Source: Rubrivivax sp. (GTDB taxonomy: Bacteria; Pseudomonadota; Gammaproteobacteria; Burkholderiales; Burkholderiaceae_C). Taken from it: a DNA stretch of 64,000 bases. The notes beneath the pieces are model-generated. The model saw only the letters and a list, made by a program, of their open reading frames with translations, made no database searches and was not told where the DNA came from. The position numbers and the translations under genes were made by a program. The stretch is from the NCBI GenBank assembly GCA_027487995.1, contig JAIYCN010000233.1:16168-80167 (forward strand). The letters are read 5' to 3'. Positions 40,947 to 46,726 of the stretch are shown one piece after another. Each line of letters begins with the position of its first letter. Position 1 is the stretch's first letter.

Positions 40947-41180
40947 GGCTTAGATTGTGCAAAGCCTGCAGCGACCGGTGAAGCGAAAAGCGATCAGGCA
41001 TGCCGCGAGATTCATGAACCATAGCTCTGGACGTATGAGTCGCAGATGTCGATTTGCAGCGGTCTTCTTTCGCGGAGGGTCAGGGGGCCGGGCGCGCGGC
41101 GTCGGTGGTTGCCGAAACGCTTGGGATGACCAATGCCAGGTTGAAGATGAAGCGCGACATAACCTCTTGACGGTTCACAG

Positions 41181-41657
41181 CTAGCCCGCCGGTACAGGTA
41201 GAACACGCACAGTCGCTTCTATGATTGCTCGCTCCTCTGCGTCCTCAAGCGCGGCCGTTAGTCGGGTAGCTTCGTTGTAGTGCCGAGCGTGATCCGCGGC
41301 GTTGCCGCTTGCTGATGCAACATTCGCTGCAACGGCATGCGCCAGGGCGCGCTCCCATGGCTTGGCGGATTCCCCAAGAAACACTGGCAAACACCTTTCC
41401 AGGTAGGGAGCGGCAGCGCTCGGTTGCTTGAGCAAGGCATACGTATGTGCGAGTAGTTGCGCCGCATGTATCTGCGTGTTTGCATCGCCCACGATGCCCC
41501 AGAAGTACATTGCTCCGTGTGCCGCATTGAGCATCTCTTCGTCCTCAGCTGCAGTACGAGCATGCTGCTCTGAAAGTGACCAAGCGCGATTGTTCGCTTG
41601 ACTCGCGAGACGACGCTGCCAACGAACTACTTCTTCGGGGGACGGCTTTTCAGTCAC
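41181..41657 (-). CDS. hypothetical protein (helical; integron-cassette-like position)
   Basis: The 158-aa ORF starts 28 nt from the attC at 41685. I recognise no motif. It is less GC-rich than the adjacent two-component genes. Confidence 0.6.
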   Translation of the reverse strand: MTEKPSPEEVVRWQRRLASQANNRAWSLSEQHARTAAEDEEMLNAAHGAMYFWGIVGDANTQIHAAQLLAHTYALLKQPSAAAPYLERCLPVFLGESAKPWERALAHAVAANVASASGNAADHARHYNEATRLTAALEDAEERAIIEATVRVLPVPAG

Positions 41658-41684
41658 GACGACCTCCTCAGTGTTGCTTGCGCT

Positions 41685-41810
41685 GCCTAACGTTTGAGCT
41701 AACCGGTACGGCGCGGCATGGCACCCTTTCCGCGAGGCGGATGATGTGAAGAAGTGCCTCGCAGCCAGGGTGCCGTGCCGTGGCGTGTCCGATTGAGCGA
41801 AGAGTTAGCC
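41685..41810 (-). repeat. attC-like recombination site (126 bp)
   Basis: It starts GCCTAACGTTTGAGCTAACCGG and ends CCGATTGAGCGAAGAGTTAGCC. It lies 15 nt 3' of the higA-like stop. Confidence 0.7.
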
Positions 41811-41825
41811 GTCGCTGCCTGTGCG

Positions 41826-42164
41826 CTATTTGCCGGCAACCGCCAGCAGCGCCTTCGGGTTGGTACGAGCAATGGTCAGCAACGTGCGCGCAGCACCACT
41901 TGGCTGCTTACGACCTTGTTCCCAGCCTTGCAAGGTGCGCACCGACACGCCCAGCAGCGCCGCGAACTGGCTTTGGGACAAGCCAGTCTTCTCCCGCGCC
42001 TCGGTGGCGGGACTGTAGGCGACACGGACCTTGCCAGACTTCATTTCGCGAATGGACTGCAGGAGTTCGGCGCCAAGATCGCGGCCGGCCTCGTACTTGG
42101 CAAGTTCCTTGGCGGACAGAGGACTAGTCTTCGAGGGCACGACGGATCTCCTTGAGTACAGCAC
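41826..42164 (-). CDS. higA: HigA-2-like antitoxin (XRE-type HTH)
   Basis: The sequence is ...REKTGLSQSQFAALLGVSVRTLQGWEQGRKQPSGAARTLL. It lies downstream of and overlaps the HigB-2-like toxin. The exact start is uncertain. Confidence 0.8.
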   Translation of the reverse strand: MLYSRRSVVPSKTSPLSAKELAKYEAGRDLGAELLQSIREMKSGKVRVAYSPATEAREKTGLSQSQFAALLGVSVRTLQGWEQGRKQPSGAARTLLTIARTNPKALLAVAGK

Positions 42165-42438
42165 CGGTGAGGTTGTCGGTCTTGGACTTCGCGTACAGAG
42201 TCAGAAGCACCAGTTCTTCAGCCTCGTTCCGAATGAAGTAGATGACCCTGACTCCGCCTGACTTACCAGTGCCCTGACGCTTCCAGCGGACCTTGCGAAT
42301 GCCACCAGACTCCGGCACGACATCGCCGGCTTCCGGGTTTGCTGAGAGGAACGACGCGAACTCGCCGAGTTCATCCTCTGTCCAGTACGCGGGCCACTGC
42401 TTCTGAAAGAGCAGGGTCTCGACTACGGTGAACATCAC
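42124..42438 (-). CDS. higB: HigB-2-like (RelE/ParE superfamily) toxin
   Basis: The 104-aa ORF matches, from memory, the Vibrio cholerae superintegron HigB-2 pattern: ...NPEAGDVVPESGGIRKVRWKRQGTGKSGGVRVIYFIRNEAEELVLLTLYAKSKTDNL. Confidence 0.8.
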   Translation of the reverse strand: MMFTVVETLLFQKQWPAYWTEDELGEFASFLSANPEAGDVVPESGGIRKVRWKRQGTGKSGGVRVIYFIRNEAEELVLLTLYAKSKTDNLTGAVLKEIRRALED

Positions 42439-42489
42439 AGAACTATACGCCTAAGGCGCACAGCTGTCGAGCCCCCGGGTGCTTGCGAC

Positions 42490-42598
42490 GGCCAACGTTC
42501 GAGTTAAGCCGCAGTGGCTGAGCAGCTAGCATGCTTAAAGGCACTGCTTTTCACTCAATTGACTCGCTCAAGTTCAGCGAGAACAGCCTCGGTTAGTT
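42490..42598 (-). repeat. attC-like recombination site (about 109 bp, more diverged)
   Basis: It starts GGCCAACGTTCGAGTTAAGCC and ends ...GCTCAAGTTCAGCGAGAACAGCCTCGGTTAGTT. It lies 52 nt upstream of the higB-like start. Confidence 0.55.
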
Positions 42599-42749
42599 CA
42601 AAGCGTAAGTCGACGCAATCGAATCCACTTCGATAACCATTTGGCCAACTTGCCATGACTTCGAATCCGCTCTTCACATAGAAGCCAGCGATGTGCGGTG
42701 TTGTGAACCGTTGCGAAAGCCCCGGATGGTGATCCGGCCGCGGTGGCTA
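42555..42749 (-). pseudogene. GNAT acetyltransferase C-terminal remnant
   Basis: My reverse-frame translation is ...TPHIAGFYVKSGFEVMASWPNGYRSGFDCVDLRFELTEAVLAELERVN*. Its stop lies inside the attC. A TAG is upstream, and the rest is replaced by the plus-strand S41 ORF. Confidence 0.4.
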
Positions 42750-43543
42750 CGCCACGGGCCAAGCCGCCGCAGGCGTCCGTGCGATGGCTCTCGAAGACCA
42801 CAGTGCTGTTGAACTTTCCCACCTTCCATCCGTCTGCCGAAGCACAGGTGCGCGAACTCTTCAAGAACAACCGCAACCGCCTGGCGCAGACACCCCACTG
42901 GATCATCGATGTTCGCCGCAATGATGGCGGGAGCGACAGCACCTACCATCCCATCGTTCAAGCAGTCGTCGGCAATTCGCTTCTTCACCACATGGTGGAA
43001 TTCCTGGCCACGCCGGCCAATATGGAGTCCACCTTGCGGGTTTGCGAGATGGAGGCGCCCGGCGACGCGGACTGCGTCAAGTGGGCCCAATCGATGGTCG
43101 AGTTGATGCGCGCTGCCCCACCAGGGTCTTACGTGCTACCTCCGGGCTTGAAGAGCGCGGTGATCCGCGTTGAACCGGAACCGCCCGCGCGCAAGCGGCC
43201 TCAGCGCGTGGCCGTCTTGATCGACAAGGACTGTGGCAGTTCCTGCGAACAGTTTGCCCTGACCATGCGGCAAAGCTGGAACGTCAAGCTGATGGGAAGG
43301 CGCACCTACGGCGCGCTCGACTATTCCAACCTGCGCCCGCACCCCTTGCCGTCCGGACAGCGGGTGCTGCAGTACGCCACCTCCCGCTCGCTTCGCCTGC
43401 CTCACCTTCCCGTGGATGCCGTGGGTGTGCTGCCCGATGTGCTTCTGACGCCGCCGGTCGATGAGGCCGGGCGCGAGAGGGAAGTTGCATTCGTCCGCGC
43501 GCTGCTCGAGGGTCGGCCGATGGACCCGCCGCCGGGGCGGTGA
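42743..43543 (+). CDS. S41-family peptidase catalytic-domain protein (possibly 5'-truncated), opposite in orientation to the cassettes
   Basis: The 266-aa ORF has WIIDVRRNDGGSDS and VAVLIDKDCGSSCEQFAL motifs, like tail-specific protease cores. It lacks the N-terminal and PDZ parts and is GC-rich. Confidence 0.5.
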   Translation: MATPRAKPPQASVRWLSKTTVLLNFPTFHPSAEAQVRELFKNNRNRLAQTPHWIIDVRRNDGGSDSTYHPIVQAVVGNSLLHHMVEFLATPANMESTLRVCEMEAPGDADCVKWAQSMVELMRAAPPGSYVLPPGLKSAVIRVEPEPPARKRPQRVAVLIDKDCGSSCEQFALTMRQSWNVKLMGRRTYGALDYSNLRPHPLPSGQRVLQYATSRSLRLPHLPVDAVGVLPDVLLTPPVDEAGREREVAFVRALLEGRPMDPPPGR

Positions 43544-43676
43544 ACGCGGCCTGCATGTGAACCGTCAAACCACGACAGCGCCCATCCGCGCCCGTACATC
43601 ACCAAACGGCGACGAATTCAGCGAGGCGATCGAAAGCCGTCGGTGAAAGGTAACCGCAGGTGAGCGGATGGTGCGC

Positions 43677-43773
43677 GCCAGCGTTCGTACCCCAATGTTT
43701 GCGCCATGCTGCCCGCGGAGGCAGGTTTTGTAAGCCCGCGCCGTAGCGGGTCAGCTTGAGCGAGGGGTTAGGC
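43677..43773 (-). repeat. attC-like recombination site (about 97 bp; left end degenerate)
   Basis: The right end, TCAGCTTGAGCGAGGGGTTAGGC, is identical over 23 nt to 44461-44483. The left end, GCCAGCGTTCGTACC, is a decayed GCCTAACGTTCGAGCT. The brnA TAA lies in the core. Confidence 0.6.
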
Positions 43774-44001
43774 TGTACTTTTGGCCGGAGCGGACTTCCA
43801 TGCCAAGTTCAGCTTCTTTTGAGTTGCCGCGCAGTCTTTGAGGTACAGATTGATGAGGCTTTGGTAAGGAATGCCTGTTTCCTCTGCCATGCCCTTGAAG
43901 TATGAGATCGAGCCTTCATCGAGTCTGATCGTCACAGACTTCTTGAGCTGCGAGGCGTATGGGTTCTTCCGAGCGTTGCTGAAGTCGTATTGCTTGCGCA
44001 T
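43768..44001 (-). CDS. brnA: BrnA-family antitoxin
   Basis: I take MRKQYDFSNARKNPYA as the start. The sequence continues ...VTIRLDEGSISYFKGMAEETGIPYQSLINLYL, typical of BrnA. It begins 4 nt after the brnT stop. Confidence 0.8.
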   Translation of the reverse strand: MRKQYDFSNARKNPYASQLKKSVTIRLDEGSISYFKGMAEETGIPYQSLINLYLKDCAATQKKLNLAWKSAPAKSTA

Positions 44002-44005
44002 GTGC

Positions 44006-44296
44006 TCACCTTTGGTAGCTTGATCGTTCTTGGGCGTCCGCCTTGCGCGCGGAGATGATGCGGATGACTCTGCCCTCGCTTCTGTAGCAGTGAACGACAA
44101 CAAGAAGGCGGAGGCTTTGGCTCAGGCCGAGAAGGACGAACCGATCTTCTTCCTCGGAGTGGTCAGGGTCGTCGATCAACAACGCGTTCTCATCCGAGAA
44201 GACAGATTGCGCATCCTCGAAGGAGACGCTGTGCTTTCGAAGATTCAGCGCGCCCTTCTTGGGATCCCACTCGAAGCGTAGACTCGACATACGCAC
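44006..44296 (-). CDS. brnT: BrnT-family (DUF497) toxin
   Basis: The 96-aa ORF contains FEWDPKKGALNLRKHSVSFEDAQSVF...RFVLLG...RIISARKA. Confidence 0.8.
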   Translation of the reverse strand: MRMSSLRFEWDPKKGALNLRKHSVSFEDAQSVFSDENALLIDDPDHSEEEDRFVLLGLSQSLRLLVVVHCYRSEGRVIRIISARKADAQERSSYQR

Positions 44297-44354
44297 ATTG
44301 TACGCATATCGTACATACGCGGCAATGGGTTGATGCCCGGTTGTGCTTCGTGCA

Positions 44355-44483
44355 GCCTAACGTTCGAGCTAAGCTGGGACCGAAGGTACTTGGTGCTTGC
44401 CCGCGGAAGGCAAGATGCCACAGGCGACTGGAGCGGGCAAGCGCCGAGTGCCGTAGGGCCTCAGCTTGAGCGAGGGGTTAGGC
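44355..44483 (-). repeat. attC-like recombination site (129 bp; best-preserved copy)
   Basis: GCCTAACGTTCGAGCTAAGCTGGG at one end pairs with CCTCAGCTTGAGCGAGGGGTTAGGC at the other. The arms are reverse complements with a few bulges. The TAA stop of the GNAT ORF lies inside the GTTAGGC core. Confidence 0.75.
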
Positions 44484-45002
44484 CGCAGTTTCACTCGGTT
44501 GAAGCCGCAGGGCCATGTGTACCTTGGCCTTGAACCCGCTTGATGTTCGAATGGCCATGGGCTCGATGCCGAAGGTCTCGAAGCCGACGCTTCGATACAA
44601 GTTTATGGCTGGCTCATTGCCTTCTGTGACCGTAAGCGTGAGCACGAGCAAATCTTCCCGGGCTCGTGCTTCGCTCACGATGGCATCTAGAAGCGCCCGA
44701 CCGATACCTTTGCCTCGGACACTCGGCGATGTGTACATGCCAATGACCAAACCCTTGTGCCTTATCTTGGGCTTTGTTGAGCACTCAAGCGCGACAGTCC
44801 CGACCAGGGCTTGACCGTCAAAGGCGCCCAGCGCCGCACTTAGACCAGTGGGATCTGCGATGCGCTTGACCCAGAAGGCTTCAGGTTCTGCTGCCCGCTC
44901 GTTGGCAGTTGAAGTAAACGCGTCAGTAGCAAACTCATAGGCCTGCAGCATGAGCTCGCGGTACTGCTTGGCGTCCGAGGGCTGAAGGCGGGCAACGTGC
45001 AT
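44478..45002 (-). CDS. GNAT family N-acetyltransferase (first cassette next to attI)
   Basis: The 174-aa ORF has the CoA-binding motif YTSPSVRGKGIGRALL and ...EGNEPAINLYRSVGFE. Confidence 0.85.
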   Translation of the reverse strand: MHVARLQPSDAKQYRELMLQAYEFATDAFTSTANERAAEPEAFWVKRIADPTGLSAALGAFDGQALVGTVALECSTKPKIRHKGLVIGMYTSPSVRGKGIGRALLDAIVSEARAREDLLVLTLTVTEGNEPAINLYRSVGFETFGIEPMAIRTSSGFKAKVHMALRLQPSETAA

Positions 45003-45012
45003 CGTTTTTGCG

Positions 45013-45080
45013 GCCTAACTAGTTCTAGAGCCTGTATTTGCAGCACTAACGTCACAAAAGCATCAACAGCGGCCGCACAA
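45013..45080 (-). other. attI-like site / cassette junction
   Basis: The minus strand reads ...GACGTTAGTGCTGCAAATACAGGCTCTAGAACTAGTTAGGCC. This gives a GTTAGGC core 10 nt before the first cassette ATG and a second GTTAG repeat 31 nt upstream. The site lies between the array and the divergent intI stub. Confidence 0.45.
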
Positions 45081-45187
45081 CAGGAGTTGCCGCAATTCTG
45101 CTGGATGACCGGGGGCAGTCAACAGTGCCATCCCCAAGATGGGCGCGCCCGTCGGAGGTGTTTCACTGCTGAGTCAGCGGCCTTATC

Positions 45188-45465
45188 GTGCCTCGAATGG
45201 AGGAATTCACTTCACCACCGGCCGGTTTACTCCAGCGCATGAGGGAGAGCATTCGTTACCACCACTACAGCCTTCGTACCGAGTCGGCCTACATCCACTG
45301 GGCTCGACAGTACCTTCGAATTCACAGCATGCGGCACCCACGCACCATGGGTGCGCCCGAGGTGCAGGCCTTCCTGAAGTGGTTGTCCACCGAACGCCGT
45401 GTTCAGCCTCCACTCACCGGCAAGCCCTTGAGGCCCTACTCTTCCTCTACCGCCACGGAAGATAC
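45188..45465 (+). pseudogene. intI: integron integrase, N-terminal ~93 codons only, frameshifted
   Basis: LLQRMRESIRYHHYSLRTESAYIHWARQYLRIHSMRHPRTMGAPEVQAFLKWLSTERRV parallels the IntI1 N-terminus ([34 protein letters not shown]...EVEAFLSWLANERKV). The next block, SASTHRQALEALLFLYRH, is in another frame, consistent with a 1-nt loss near 45402. Similarity ends at 45465. No catalytic domain is present. Confidence 0.8.
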
Positions 45466-45515
45466 TGGTAGGCCGTGCTGGACTTGAACCAGCGACCAAA
45501 GGATTATGAGTCCTT
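45466..45515 (-). pseudogene. tRNA 3' fragment (CAT anticodon arm, T arm, acceptor 3' strand, CCA); no 5' half
   Basis: The minus strand reads AAGGA-CTCATAA-TCCTT-TGGTC-GCTGG-TTCAAGT-CCAGC-ACGGCCT-A-CCA. The complementary acceptor 5' strand (AGGCCGT) and the D arm are absent from the adjacent sequence. Confidence 0.6.
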
Positions 45516-45994
45516 TGGTTTGAGCCCTATCCTCTCCGCAGCGCAGCACTGGCGAGGGGTTGCCCCTGCCGGTGTGCGCGGGATTTCGTGCACATGCGCC
45601 TAACCCGGCGCCTCGCGTGCACATGATGCCTCGAGAGGATTTCGATGGCAACACTTCAACGAAATCACCACAAAATCTTGTCAGGTCCCAGAGCCGATGA
45701 GCGCCGTTTAATCGACGGCATGAACGTGTCGGACGCGCAGCGTCATCGGCAGCTTTCATGACCACATCAAACAGAGCACATAGGCGAATCGGCACGGTCT
45801 CGGTAGGCTTAACTCGTATTGAGGAGCCTAAATTTTTTGCGGCCGATGCGGTTTCTCCAACGTGGGGATCTTGTGCCGACCCACTGATCACATCCAGGTC
45901 TTTACTTCGATGTGCGTCCGTTTCCCGATGAATCCTTTCTTCCTTTATGCAGATTTCGAACGGAGTCGGAGGGATTTGGTGCCGCGAGCTCAGA

Positions 45995-46717
45995 TCAAGA
46001 CGTTCCCAAGTGCCCAGATCGACCGACGGTCAATCTAATATTTGCCACGCCTTCGACTCGACCCTCAACATGATCTCCCGGGAGCAGTGGTCCTACTCCC
46101 TCGGGAGTCCCCGTGTAAATGATGTCGCCAGGCTGCAGGTGGTAATAAAGGGACAGATCAGAAATGATCTCTCGGATGTTCCAAATGAGATTGCTCACAT
46201 CGGACTTCTGCTTGACCTCGCCGTTAACCTCTAGCTCGATCTCGCCTTGCTCGATGACGACGCCGGGCATGGGCACTACTTCTGAGCAGACAGAGCCGTC
46301 CTCAATATCTTTGCCAAGGTCCCAGGGTCGCCCCTTGTCGCGTGCGATCAGTTGCAGGTCGCGCCGCGTCATGTCCAGACCACAGGCATAGCCAAAGATC
46401 AGCTCATGCGCTCGCTCGGTGGGCACCCGAAACCCCGACTTGCCGATGACCAACACGAGTTCCATTTCATAGTGGTAGTTGTTGGTTTCAGGCGGGTAGG
46501 CCACCGTGGCGCCACTCGGCACCAGGGTCTGAGGAGACTTGGTGAAGTAGAAGGCGCGCTCAGTTGCCTTATCGACGGGGCGGCCCATCTCCACCGCGTG
46601 GGCATGGTAGTTACGGCCCACGCAGAAGATGCGATTGACCGGTAGATGCTCATGGTGGCCGCGCACCGGAAGGCTGGCGACGGGGGGCGGGTTCCAAAGG
46701 TAGGTGGTTGCGGTCAT
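45995..46717 (-). CDS. fumarylacetoacetate hydrolase family protein (paralogue of 31595-32311)
   Basis: The 240-aa ORF is roughly 80% identical by eye to the first copy. It has more A/T at third codon positions. Confidence 0.85.
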   Translation of the reverse strand: MTATTYLWNPPPVASLPVRGHHEHLPVNRIFCVGRNYHAHAVEMGRPVDKATERAFYFTKSPQTLVPSGATVAYPPETNNYHYEMELVLVIGKSGFRVPTERAHELIFGYACGLDMTRRDLQLIARDKGRPWDLGKDIEDGSVCSEVVPMPGVVIEQGEIELEVNGEVKQKSDVSNLIWNIREIISDLSLYYHLQPGDIIYTGTPEGVGPLLPGDHVEGRVEGVANIRLTVGRSGHLGTS

Positions 46718-46726
46718 GGGCGGCTG

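Larger units (their letters stand above)
36893..45465 (-). mobile_element. decayed sedentary (chromosomal) integron: intI stub, attI-like site, five attC sites, minus-strand cassettes
   Basis: See the individual attC, attI and intI features. The left boundary is uncertain, because the GNAT debris at 36893-38121 has no recognisable terminal attC. Confidence 0.7.

Noticed and set aside
40947-41180. A search for an attC site between the orphan ORF and the histidine kinase gene.
   Set aside because: I could see no GCCTAAC/GTTAGGC-type cores or family arms. The weak candidates (CATAACC, GGTTGCC) do not form a palindrome.
38134-44483. Whether the regularly recurring repeats could be a CRISPR array.
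   Set aside because: The repeats are 97-129 bp imperfect palindromes separated by 0.5-3.4 kb of ORF-bearing DNA, not 25-40 bp direct repeats with short spacers. No cas genes are present.
45020-45190. A LexA (SOS) box in the intI promoter region, as found in many integrons.
   Set aside because: No CTGT-N8-ACAG match was found. The only candidates are CTGTATTTGCAGCA, which has the wrong right half, and an 11-nt palindrome GCTGAGTCAGC at 45167-45177, which does not fit the consensus.
45466-45545. Possible complete tRNA gene (CAT anticodon) on the minus strand.
   Set aside because: Only the anticodon arm, variable loop, T arm and acceptor 3' strand are present. The sequence where the 5' acceptor strand (AGGCCGT) and D arm should be (…TGCGGAGAGGATAGGGCTCAAACC) cannot pair. 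I call it a 3' fragment only.
45436-45891. A 151-aa minus-strand ORF in the gap between the tRNA fragment and the second FAH gene.
   Set aside because: It has no motif, its composition is unremarkable, and it overlaps the tRNA fragment and the attC-like debris. It is more likely non-coding junction DNA.
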